From Georgenia ruanii (GTDB taxonomy: Bacteria > Actinomycetota > Actinomycetes > Actinomycetales > Actinomycetaceae): a DNA stretch of 32,000 nucleotides. A program made the position numbers and the translations under genes. This document shows positions 8,868 through 16,587 of the stretch, in pieces. Positions within the stretch are counted from its first letter, which is position 1; every line of letters begins with the position of its first letter. The notes below the pieces were generated by a model. That model made no database searches. It was not told where the DNA came from and worked only from the letters and a program-made list of their open reading frames with translations. The stretch is taken from positions 155,089-187,088 of the forward strand of contig NZ_VUKE01000001.1 in the NCBI RefSeq assembly GCF_009193175.1. The letters are read 5' to 3'.

Positions 8868-9728
8868 ATGTGTGCCACCTGCGGCTGCAACGACGAGGCT
8901 GCGACACGCGTGCTGCTCCCGCTCGACGTCCATGAGCACGGGTCCGAGCGCCACGAGCACGAGCACGAGCAGCACGACCACCCGCACGACCACGACCACC
9001 CGGGCCACGAGCCCCACGATCACGTTCACCCGCACGACGGCACCGCGCCCGGCGGCGCGACGATCACCATCGAGGAGAACCTCCTCGCCAAGAACGACCT
9101 GCTCGCCGCCCGCAACCGCGGCTGGTTCGAGGGCCGAGAAATCCTCGCCGTCAACGTCATGAGCTCGCCGGGGGCGGGCAAGACCACGCTGCTCGAGCGC
9201 ACGATCCGCGAGCTGGCCGCCGACCGGGACGTCGCCGTCGTCGAGGGCGACCAGGAGACCCTCCTCGACGCCGACCGCATCCGGGCCACCGGGGCGCCCG
9301 TCGTCCAGATCAACACCGGGGCCGGCTGCCACCTCGACGCCGACATGCTGCGCCGGGGCCTGGACCGCCTGGCGCCCCGGCCGGGGTCCTGCCTGTTCGT
9401 CGAGAACGTCGGCAACCTCGTGTGCCCGGCCCTCTTCGACCTCGGCGAGGCCGCCCGGGTCGTGATCATCTCGGTCACCGAGGGCAACGACAAGCCGCTG
9501 AAGTACCCGCACATGTTCGCGGCGGCGGACCTCGTGCTCATCAACAAGGCCGACCTGCTCCCCTTCGTCGACTTCGACGTCGACCGGTGCGTCGCGCAGG
9601 CCCGCCGGCTCAACCCCCGGGTCGAGGCCCTGGTCATCTCGGCGACCACCGGGGAGGGCTTCGCCGGGTGGCTCGGGTGGCTCGCCGCCCGGGCGCCGCA
9701 GCGGGAGGCGGTGCGGGCGAGGCCCTAG
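8868..9728 (+). CDS. hypB: Hydrogenase nickel-incorporation GTPase HypB with His-rich nickel-storage tract
   Basis: The N-terminal MCATCGC carries the CxxCGC high-affinity Ni site. A His-rich tract spans residues 22-56. The P-loop is SSPGAGKTT, followed by GNLVCPA and NKADL G-motifs. Confidence 0.95.
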   Translation: MCATCGCNDEAATRVLLPLDVHEHGSERHEHEHEQHDHPHDHDHPGHEPHDHVHPHDGTAPGGATITIEENLLAKNDLLAARNRGWFEGREILAVNVMSSPGAGKTTLLERTIRELAADRDVAVVEGDQETLLDADRIRATGAPVVQINTGAGCHLDADMLRRGLDRLAPRPGSCLFVENVGNLVCPALFDLGEAARVVIISVTEGNDKPLKYPHMFAAADLVLINKADLLPFVDFDVDRCVAQARRLNPRVEALVISATTGEGFAGWLGWLAARAPQREAVRARP

Positions 9729-9775
9729 ACGAGACGTACTCCGCGACCGGCAACGAGGCCCAGGGAGGTGCGACG

Positions 9776-11272
9776 GTGCACGATCCGGTACCCGACCCGT
9801 TCGCGCGCGCCCAGGCCGTCGCCGACGCCGTCCTCTACGAGGGCTACGCGCTCTACCCCTACCGCAAGTCCTCGCCCAAGAACCAGGTGCGCTGGCAGTT
9901 CGGCGTCCTCGCGCCGCGCCGGTGGATGGAGGGCCGCGACGGCGCCGACGACGGCGTGGCGGGGTCGAGCGAGGGGTGGTGGCAGCAGAGCGAGTGCCTC
10001 CTCGAGGCCCCGCCGACGGCGACGCTGCGGGTGCGCGTGCGCTACCTCCAGCTGCAGGCCCGGGACGTCGAGCGGCGCCGGCCCGACGGCTCGTTCCAGC
10101 CGGTCGAGCGGCTCGCGACGGCCGACGGCGCCGAGCTCAGCTTCGAGGAGGCCGTCCCCCGGCACGCCGACGCCGCCGTGCCGCTCGCGCGGCTGCGCGA
10201 GGGGCCCGTCACGGTCGACCTCGCGGCCCCGGGCGGCGAGGACGCCGAGCCCGTGCGCGACGGCACGGGCCGACCGACCGGCCGGGTGGTGCGCCGCCGG
10301 CGGACGCTGACGGCACGCGTCCACCTCGCTGCCGAGCCGGCCACCACACCGTTCCCGCTCCTGCGCCTGCGCGTGCGCACCGAGAACACCGCGGCCGGCC
10401 CGGCAACGGACGCGCCCCGGCAGATCGCCCTGCGCTCCAGCCTCGTCGCCACGCACACCCTGCTGGCCACCGACGACGGCGCGTTCCTGTCGCTGCTGGA
10501 CCCGCCCGCCTGGGCCGGCGAGGCGGCCGGGCAGTGCGCGAACGTCCGCACCTTCCCGGTGCTCGTCGGCGAGCCCGGCAGCCGCGACCTCGTGCTGTCC
10601 TCGCCGATCATCCTCTACGACCACCCGCAGGTCGCCCCGGAGAGCCCGGGCGACCTGTTCGACGCCGCCGAGATCGACGAGATCCTCTCCCTGCGCACCC
10701 TCACGCTCACCGACGCGGAGAAGGCGGAGGTCCGCGCCACCGACCCGCGCACGGCCGCGATCGTCGACCGCGTCGACGCCATGCCGCCGGAGGTGATGGC
10801 CCGCCTGCACGGGGCGATCCGGTCGCTGCGCCCGGTGAGGAGGCCGGCGGACCTCGCGGCCGGCGGTCCCGCAGCGGGCGGACCCGTGGCCGGCGCACCC
10901 GTGGCCGGTGCGGCCGGGGACCCGCCGCTCCCGCCCGGCGCCGAGACCGTCGTCGTCGACGGCGTGCGGCTGGCCCGGGGCAGCCGGGTGCGTCTGCGCC
11001 CGCGCCCGCGGGGCACGGACGCGCACGACATGTTCCTCGCCGGCCGCACCGCCCGGGTCGAGGGGGTGTTCCGCGACGTCGACGACGCCCGGCACGTCGC
11101 CGTCACGCTCGAGGACCCCTCGAGCGAGCCGCACCGGTGGTACGGCCGCTTCCACTACTTCGCGCCCGAGGAGGTCGAGCCGCTGGACGACACCCCGGCG
11201 GACGCCCCCGACCCCAGCGGGGCAGCCGCGACCGTGCCCCGGCCCGACGGCACCGCGGGAGGCACGCCATGA
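9776..11272 (+). CDS. Hydrogenase-cluster-associated protein of unknown function (498 aa, two domains joined by a Pro/Ala/Gly linker)
   Basis: GTG at 9776 lies 7 nt after GGGAGG and is in frame with track ORF 9422..11272, whose upstream part overlaps hypB and is rejected. GC3 is high throughout. The stop overlaps the protease ATG (ATGA). I recognise no catalytic motifs, and there are only 2 Cys. Confidence 0.75.
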   Translation: MHDPVPDPFARAQAVADAVLYEGYALYPYRKSSPKNQVRWQFGVLAPRRWMEGRDGADDGVAGSSEGWWQQSECLLEAPPTATLRVRVRYLQLQARDVERRRPDGSFQPVERLATADGAELSFEEAVPRHADAAVPLARLREGPVTVDLAAPGGEDAEPVRDGTGRPTGRVVRRRRTLTARVHLAAEPATTPFPLLRLRVRTENTAAGPATDAPRQIALRSSLVATHTLLATDDGAFLSLLDPPAWAGEAAGQCANVRTFPVLVGEPGSRDLVLSSPIILYDHPQVAPESPGDLFDAAEIDEILSLRTLTLTDAEKAEVRATDPRTAAIVDRVDAMPPEVMARLHGAIRSLRPVRRPADLAAGGPAAGGPVAGAPVAGAAGDPPLPPGAETVVVDGVRLARGSRVRLRPRPRGTDAHDMFLAGRTARVEGVFRDVDDARHVAVTLEDPSSEPHRWYGRFHYFAPEEVEPLDDTPADAPDPSGAAATVPRPDGTAGGTP

Positions 11273-11787
11273 CCGTGCTGGTGGCCGGCATCGGCAACGT
11301 CTTCCTCGGCGACGACGCCTTCGGCGTCGAGGTGGTCCGGCGGCTCGACCCGGCGGACGTCCCCGCCGGCGTGGACGTGGCCGACTATGGCATCCGCGGC
11401 ATCCACCTCGCCTACGAGCTGCTCGACGGCCGCTACGACACCCTCGTCCTGGTCGACGCGGTGCCCCTGGGCCAGCCGCCGGGGACCCTGGCCGTCCTCG
11501 ACGCCACCGGCCGGGCGGGCGCGGGCCCGGGCGCCGTCGACGCCCACGCCATGAGCCCCGACGTCGTCCTGGCGGCGCTGCACGGCCTCGGCGGCTCGAT
11601 CGGCGAGGTGCTGGTCGTGGGCTGCCAGCCGCAGACCCTCGCGGAGGGGATGGGACTGTCCGCGCCGGTGCGTGCCGCCGTCGAGCGGGCCGTCCCCCTC
11701 GTCCTCGACCTGGCCCGGGAGGCGGCCGGGCCGCCGTCCCCCACCCTCGCGCAGTCCCCGGGTCCCGACCGCCGGCCCGTCCGGTGA
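11269..11787 (+). CDS. hupD: [NiFe]-hydrogenase maturation endopeptidase (HupD/HyaD/HybD family)
   Basis: MTVLVAGIGNVFLGDDAFGVEVV matches the GIGNxxxxDDxxG protease N-terminus, and …LVLVDAV… is conserved. The start overlaps the upstream stop (ATGA) and is in frame with track ORF 9922..11787. Confidence 0.85.
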   Translation: MTVLVAGIGNVFLGDDAFGVEVVRRLDPADVPAGVDVADYGIRGIHLAYELLDGRYDTLVLVDAVPLGQPPGTLAVLDATGRAGAGPGAVDAHAMSPDVVLAALHGLGGSIGEVLVVGCQPQTLAEGMGLSAPVRAAVERAVPLVLDLAREAAGPPSPTLAQSPGPDRRPVR

Positions 11788-11798
11788 AGGAGGCAGAG

Positions 11799-12896
11799 AT
11801 GACCACGACCCCGCAGACCGCTCCGGGCGACCAGCGCGCCGGCTTCGACGAGATCGACATCCTGTGGATCTCGGAGGGCATGAGCTGCGACGGCGACACC
11901 GTCTCGATCACGGCGTCCAGCCAGCCCTCGATCGAGGACGTCGTCACCGGGCTCATCCCGGGCCTGCCGAAGGTGAACCTGCACAACAAGGTCCTCTCCC
12001 CCACCCTGGGCGGCGAGGAGTTCCTCGCCCCCTTCCGGGCGGCGGCGCGCGGCGAGCTCGCGCCGTTCATCCTCGTCATCGAGGGGTCCATCCCCAACGA
12101 GAACATCAACGGCGAGGGCTACTGGACCTCCTTCGGCAACGACCTCGCGACCGGGGAACCGCTGACCCTGAACTGGTGGATCGACCAGCTCGCCCCCAAG
12201 GCATGGGCCGTGGTCGCGATCGGCACCTGCGCGGCGTACGGCGGCATCCACGCCATGGCGGGCAACCCGACGGGCTCGATGGGGCTGGCGGACTACCTCG
12301 GCTGGGACTTCCGCTCCGCCGGCGAGCTGCCCATCGTCAACATCCCCGGCTGCCCGGTGCAGCCCGAGAACTTCATGGAGACCCTCGCCTGGGTGCTCTA
12401 CCACGCCGCCGGCGCGGCGCCGCCGCCCCCGCTGGACGACCTGCTGCGCCCCCAGTGGCTGTTCGGCAAGACCGTCCACGAGGGCTGCGACCGGGCCGGG
12501 TACTACGAGCAGTCCGACTTCGCCTACGACTACAACTCGCCCAAGTGCCAGGTCAAGGTCGGGTGCTGGGGGCCGGTCGTCAACTGCAACGTGCCCAAGC
12601 GGGGCTGGATGCACGGCGTGGGCGGGTGCCCCAACGTCGGCGGCATCTGCATCGGCTGCACGATGCCGGGCTTCCCGGACAAGTTCATGCCGTTCATGGA
12701 CGCCCCGCCGGGCGGGTACCTCTCGGCCACCCTCGGCAAGCCCTACGGCGTCTTCGTCCGCCGCATGCGCGGCATCACCAACGCCTCGCTCAACAAGGAG
12801 CCGCGGTGGCGCCACAACCGCGGCGAGCTCACCACCGGCTACGACCCGCGCTGGCGCGCCGACGTCCCCACCACCGCCGCAGGAGGCCCCCGATGA
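11799..12896 (+). CDS. hhyS: [NiFe]-hydrogenase small subunit, group 1h/5 type (no Tat signal)
   Basis: ATG is preceded by GAAGGAGG. The Fe-S ligand pattern is typical of small subunits: MSCDGD, GTCAAYGG, PGCPV, HEGCDR, CQVKVGCWGPVVNCN, GGCPNVGGICIGCTMPGFPD. The N-terminus MTTTPQTAPGDQRAGFDEIDILW lacks a twin-arginine motif. Confidence 0.9.
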   Translation: MTTTPQTAPGDQRAGFDEIDILWISEGMSCDGDTVSITASSQPSIEDVVTGLIPGLPKVNLHNKVLSPTLGGEEFLAPFRAAARGELAPFILVIEGSIPNENINGEGYWTSFGNDLATGEPLTLNWWIDQLAPKAWAVVAIGTCAAYGGIHAMAGNPTGSMGLADYLGWDFRSAGELPIVNIPGCPVQPENFMETLAWVLYHAAGAAPPPPLDDLLRPQWLFGKTVHEGCDRAGYYEQSDFAYDYNSPKCQVKVGCWGPVVNCNVPKRGWMHGVGGCPNVGGICIGCTMPGFPDKFMPFMDAPPGGYLSATLGKPYGVFVRRMRGITNASLNKEPRWRHNRGELTTGYDPRWRADVPTTAAGGPR

Positions 12897-14692
12897 CCGT
12901 CACCGACCGCCGGGGCGCCGGCCCCGGGCAGGAGCAGGAACAGCTCGTCGAGATGTCGTGGGACCCCATCACCCGCATCATCGGCAACCTCGGCATCTAC
13001 ACCAAGATCGACTTCGGGAACCGGCGGGTCGCCGAGTGCCACTCCACCTCCTCCCTCTTCCGCGGGTACTCGGTGTTCATGCGGGGCAAGGATCCCCGCG
13101 ACGCCGGCTTCATCACCAGCCGGATCTGCGGCATCTGCGGGGACAACCACACCACCTGCTCCAACTACGCCCAGCAGATGGCCTACGGCATCAAGACGCC
13201 CAAGCTGGGCGAGTGGATCGTCAACCTCGGCGAGGCCGCGGAGTACCTGTTCGACCACACCCTGTTCCAGGACAACCTCGTCTTCGTCGACTTCTGCGAG
13301 GCGATGGTCAAGGCCACCAACCCGAGCGTGCTGGCCAAGGCCGAGAACACCCCGGCGCCGCACGCCGGCATCCACGGCTATCGCACCATCGCCGACCTCA
13401 TGCGGGCGTTCAACCCGTTCGAGGGCGAGGTGTACAAGCAGGCGCTGCACATGAGCCGGGTCACCCGCGAGATGTTCTGCCTCATGGAGGGCCGCCACGT
13501 CCACCCCTCGACGATGTACCCCGGCGGGGTGGGCACGGTGCCCTCCCCGACGCTGTTCACCGACTACCTGTCCCGGCTGATGTCGATCATCGACTTCGTC
13601 AAGCAGGCCGTGGCCATGAACGACGACGTCTTCGACTTCTTCTACCAGGCGCTGCCCGGCTACGAGGAGGTCGGCCGCCGCCGGGTCCTGCTGGGCTGCT
13701 GGGGGGCCTTCCAGGACCCGGAGGTGGTCGACTACCGCTACGAGACGATGAACACCTGGGGCAACGCCATGTTCGTCACCCCCGGCGTCGTCGTCGACGG
13801 CGAGCTCGTCACCACCAACCTCGTCGACATCAACCTCGGCATCCGGATCCTGCTGGGCAGCTCGTTCTACGAGGACTGGGCCAGCGAGCCGCCGTTCGTC
13901 ACCCACGACCCGTTGGGCAACCCGGTGGACCACCGCCACCCGTGGAACCAGACCACCCTGCCCGCCCCGGGCAAGCGCGACTTCGACGGCAGGTACAGCT
14001 GGGTGATGAGCCCGCGCTGGTACGACCGGCGCACCGGCGACCACCTGGCCCTGGACACCGGCGGCGGCCCGTTCGCCCGGCTGTACACCACCGCGCTGGC
14101 CAACCGGGTGAACACCCCGTACGTGCGCTCGACCGGCTCGAGCGTGCAGATCACCCTGCCGCGCAGCGCGACCCTGCCCGAGCAGACCCTGGAGTGGCGG
14201 ATCCCGCCGTGGTCCAACGCCATCGAGCGCGACCGGGCCCGGGCCTACTTCATCGCCTACGCCGCCGGCATGGCGCTGTACTTCCTCGAGGAGGCCCTGA
14301 CCCGGGTGCGCGGCGGGGACCAGAAGGTGTTCCAGACCTTCGAGCTGCCCGAGGAGGCCATCGGCTGCGGCTTCCACGAGGCCGTGCGCGGGGTCCTGTC
14401 CCACCACCTCGTCATCCGCGACGGCAAGATCGCCAACTACCACCCCTACCCCCCGACGCCGTGGAACGGCAGCCCGCGGGACAGCTTCGGCACGCCGGGG
14501 CCCTACGAGGACGCCGTGCAGGACATGCCGATCTTCGAGGAGAACGGCCCGGACGACTTCCGCGGGGTCGACATCATGCGCGCGGTGCGCAGCTTCGACC
14601 CGTGCCTGCCGTGCGGGGTGCACATGTACGTCGGCGGCGGCCGGACCATCCGCCAGACCCACTCGCCGATGTTCGGGGCCTCCCATGGCTGA
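12893..14692 (+). CDS. hhyL: [NiFe]-hydrogenase large subunit, group 1h/5 (Hhy, high-affinity/actinobacterial type)
   Basis: The L1 motif TSRICGICGDNH and L2 motif SFDPCLPCGVH are the signatures I recall for group 5/1h enzymes. About 21 residues follow the final His and could be removed by the protease. ATGA overlaps the small-subunit stop. 599 aa. Confidence 0.95.
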   Translation: MTVTDRRGAGPGQEQEQLVEMSWDPITRIIGNLGIYTKIDFGNRRVAECHSTSSLFRGYSVFMRGKDPRDAGFITSRICGICGDNHTTCSNYAQQMAYGIKTPKLGEWIVNLGEAAEYLFDHTLFQDNLVFVDFCEAMVKATNPSVLAKAENTPAPHAGIHGYRTIADLMRAFNPFEGEVYKQALHMSRVTREMFCLMEGRHVHPSTMYPGGVGTVPSPTLFTDYLSRLMSIIDFVKQAVAMNDDVFDFFYQALPGYEEVGRRRVLLGCWGAFQDPEVVDYRYETMNTWGNAMFVTPGVVVDGELVTTNLVDINLGIRILLGSSFYEDWASEPPFVTHDPLGNPVDHRHPWNQTTLPAPGKRDFDGRYSWVMSPRWYDRRTGDHLALDTGGGPFARLYTTALANRVNTPYVRSTGSSVQITLPRSATLPEQTLEWRIPPWSNAIERDRARAYFIAYAAGMALYFLEEALTRVRGGDQKVFQTFELPEEAIGCGFHEAVRGVLSHHLVIRDGKIANYHPYPPTPWNGSPRDSFGTPGPYEDAVQDMPIFEENGPDDFRGVDIMRAVRSFDPCLPCGVHMYVGGGRTIRQTHSPMFGASHG

Positions 14693-15227
14693 GCCGGCAC
14701 TGGACGACGCGGCGGTCGGGCAGCTGCTCGCCCGCTTCGACGAACTGCTCGACGTCGTCGAGGCCGCGCCCGGCGCCGCCGCCGAGGCGGCGGTCGAGGC
14801 GATCCGGACGCTGGCGGAGATCTACGGCGAGGCGCTGCGCCGCGTGCTCGCGCTCGCGCCCGCCCTGCACGCCGACCTCGCCCGGGACCAGCTCCTCGGG
14901 CACCTCCTGGTCGTCCACGACCTCCACCCGGGCACCGTCGAGGACCGGGTGGAGCAGGCGCTCGACGCGGTGCGCCCGTACGTCGAGTCCCACGGCGGGC
15001 GGGTCGAGCTCGTGGGCATCGACGCCGGCGTCGCTCAGGTCCAGCTCTCCGGGGCGTGCTCGAGCTGCTCGTCGTCGGCGGTCACCCTCGAGCAGACGGT
15101 GTCCGAGGCCGTGCTCGCCCTGGCCCCGGAGCTGAGCGAGGTCGCACCGGTCAAGCCCCACCGCGCGCCGGCGGTCATCCCGGTCGCGGCGCTGTTCCAC
15201 CGGCCCGCCGACCTGGGCGCGCCGTGA
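14685..15227 (+). CDS. NifU/Nfu-like Fe-S protein associated with the hydrogenase (HhyE-like candidate)
   Basis: The C-terminal half (VRPYVESHGGRVELVGIDAGVAQVQLSGACSSCSSSAVTLEQTV) matches the NifU C-terminal/Nfu fold, with CxxC. The start overlaps the hhyL stop by 8 nt (ATGGCTGA). Confidence 0.75.
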   Translation: MAEPALDDAAVGQLLARFDELLDVVEAAPGAAAEAAVEAIRTLAEIYGEALRRVLALAPALHADLARDQLLGHLLVVHDLHPGTVEDRVEQALDAVRPYVESHGGRVELVGIDAGVAQVQLSGACSSCSSSAVTLEQTVSEAVLALAPELSEVAPVKPHRAPAVIPVAALFHRPADLGAP

Positions 15228-15823
15228 GCAGCGGCGCGCTGGAGCGGGTGCTCCGGGGTGGCGGGCGGGCCCCGCTGCTCGCCGAGCGGTGCGACGTGTG
15301 CGGGGCCCCGCTGCCCGAGCGGCACCGGCACCTGCTCGACACCGAGCGGGCCGACGTCATGTGCGCCTGCCGCCCGTGCTCGCTGCTCTTCGTCCGGGAC
15401 GTGGCCAGCCTGGGGCACTACCGCCTGGTGCCCGAGCGCCGGCTGCGGCTGGGCGCGGTGGCCACCGACGAGCTCGGCGTCCCGGTGGGCCTGGCGTACG
15501 TCGTCCGCGGGGCGGACGACGCGGTGGTGGCGCACTACCCCAGCCCGCTCGGCTCCACCCGGTGGGAGGTCGACCCGCCGGCGTGGCAGGCGGTCGTGGC
15601 CCGCCGCCCGGAGCTGGCGGGCCTGGTGCCGGAGGTGGAGGCCTTCCTCGTCAACACCGCCCGCGGGGCCCGGCAGCACTGGATCGTCCCGATCGACGAC
15701 TGCTTCCGCCTGATCGCCGTCGTGCGGCGGGAGTGGCGGGGCCTGTCCGGCGGGAGCCGCGTGTGGCCGGCCGTGGAGGAGTTCTTCGCCGACCTCGAGC
15801 ACCGTCGAGAGGAGGAGCCATGA
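15224..15823 (+). CDS. Hydrogenase-cluster protein of unknown function with an N-terminal CxxC…CxCxxC motif (DUF5947-like by recollection)
   Basis: The GTG start overlaps the upstream stop (GTGA) and is in frame with track ORF 15056..15823. The sequence ERCDVCGAPLPERHRHLLDTERADVMCACRPCSLLF suggests a Zn- or Fe-binding ribbon. GC3 is high. 199 aa. Confidence 0.7.
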   Translation: MSSGALERVLRGGGRAPLLAERCDVCGAPLPERHRHLLDTERADVMCACRPCSLLFVRDVASLGHYRLVPERRLRLGAVATDELGVPVGLAYVVRGADDAVVAHYPSPLGSTRWEVDPPAWQAVVARRPELAGLVPEVEAFLVNTARGARQHWIVPIDDCFRLIAVVRREWRGLSGGSRVWPAVEEFFADLEHRREEEP

Positions 15824-16023
15824 CCATCCGGGTGGGCAAGCCCGACGTCGCCCCCGACGTCTCCGCGCACGTCAAGGGGGTCGACCAGGGCAACGCCGGG
15901 CAGGTGCACAAGCAGCGCGGCCACCACGCCGACGACACCGTCGACGCGCGGCGCTCCACGGGGATCAACGCGCGCCGGCGCGACCCGATCTCCCCGGCCA
16001 TGCCGAACCTGCCGCCGGGCTGA
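15820..16023 (+). CDS. Small basic protein of unknown function (67 aa)
   Basis: ATGA overlaps the upstream gene. Nearly every codon ends in G/C. The sequence is MTIRVGKPDVAPDVSAHVKGVDQGNAGQVHKQRGHHADDTVDARRSTGINARRRDPISPAMPNLPPG. It is in frame with track ORF 15289..16023. Confidence 0.6.
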   Translation: MTIRVGKPDVAPDVSAHVKGVDQGNAGQVHKQRGHHADDTVDARRSTGINARRRDPISPAMPNLPPG

Positions 16024-16071
16024 GCCGGCGGCCCGAAGCGCGCCGGCCCGGCGCAGCAGGAGGTGAGGACC

Positions 16072-16269
16072 GTGTTCATCGCGTGGAACCGGCCGCCGTC
16101 CCGGGCATCGTCCCGGGCGGCGACGGCGGCGCCCGTCCCGGCGACGACCGGCGGCGCCGGGACGGTGGTCAAGGTGGCACTGGTCGCCGCGGGCGCCGTC
16201 GGCCTGGTGTACCTGACCCGCAAGGAGCTGCCGGCGCTCAAGCGCGAGTACCGGCTGCTGCGGATGTGA
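16072..16269 (+). CDS. Candidate micro-protein with a single C-terminal transmembrane helix (up to 65 aa)
   Basis: GTG at 16072 lies 8 nt after AGGAGG (16058-16063). GC3 is high. The hydrophobic helix VVKVALVAAGAVGLVYL is followed by a basic tail, RKELPALKREYRLLRM. The true start could be further downstream. Track ORF is 16063..16269. Confidence 0.45.
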   Translation: MFIAWNRPPSRASSRAATAAPVPATTGGAGTVVKVALVAAGAVGLVYLTRKELPALKREYRLLRM

Positions 16270-16329
16270 GCCCCCCGCGGCCGGACCCGTGACGGCCGGC
16301 CCCCCCGCCGACGAGGACGGAGACAGCAC

Positions 16330-16587
16330 ATGTGCCTAGGGATTCCCGGCAGGATCGTCGCGGCCGTGGAGGGCCACGGCGGCCTGCTCGCGCTCGCCGA
16401 CGTGCGCGGGGTGCGGGACACCATCAACCTCGGCATGCTCGACGGCCCGCCGCCGGGCCCGGGCGCCTGGGTGCTCATCCACATGGGCTTCGCCATGGAG
16501 GTCATCGACGAGGACCGGGCCGCCCGGGCGATGGAGGGCCTGGAGCTCATGGGGCCCGGCCGGGACGCGGGCCAGGGGGCGCGATGA
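16330..16587 (+). CDS. hypC: Hydrogenase assembly chaperone HypC/HupF
   Basis: The N-terminal MCLGIPG is the diagnostic HypC motif, with the essential Cys2. 85 aa. Confidence 0.9.
   Translation: MCLGIPGRIVAAVEGHGGLLALADVRGVRDTINLGMLDGPPPGPGAWVLIHMGFAMEVIDEDRAARAMEGLELMGPGRDAGQGAR

Noticed and set aside
8931-9035. CAC-GAG/CAC-GAC repeats as a non-coding microsatellite or CRISPR-like repeat
   Set aside because: They lie in frame inside hypB and encode the His-rich nickel-binding tract. There is no repeat-spacer architecture anywhere in the window.
11799-11900. Tat signal on the hydrogenase small subunit (periplasmic uptake hydrogenase)
   Set aside because: The N-terminus (MTTTPQTAPGDQRAGFDEIDILWISEG…) has no RRxFxK motif or hydrophobic h-region. 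This is consistent with cytoplasm-facing group 1h enzymes rather than group 1a-f.
9725-12109. 794-aa minus-strand ORF antisense to the unknown gene, the protease and the small subunit
   Set aside because: It has an extreme Arg/Gly/Pro/Ala composition and no recognisable motifs. It lies opposite genes with clear family signatures. Long antisense ORFs of this kind are expected in DNA with very high GC3.
12839-14686. 615-aa minus-strand ORF antisense to the hydrogenase large subunit
   Set aside because: The reasoning is the same. The plus strand encodes an unmistakable [NiFe] large subunit with L1 and L2 motifs, whereas the antisense translation is low-complexity (V/G/A/R/D/P).
16083-16292. Alternative 69-aa ORF overlapping the TM micro-ORF in another frame
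   Set aside because: It is Arg/Gly/Pro-rich with no RBS. The 16072 frame has an AGGAGG at the right distance and a coherent TM helix.
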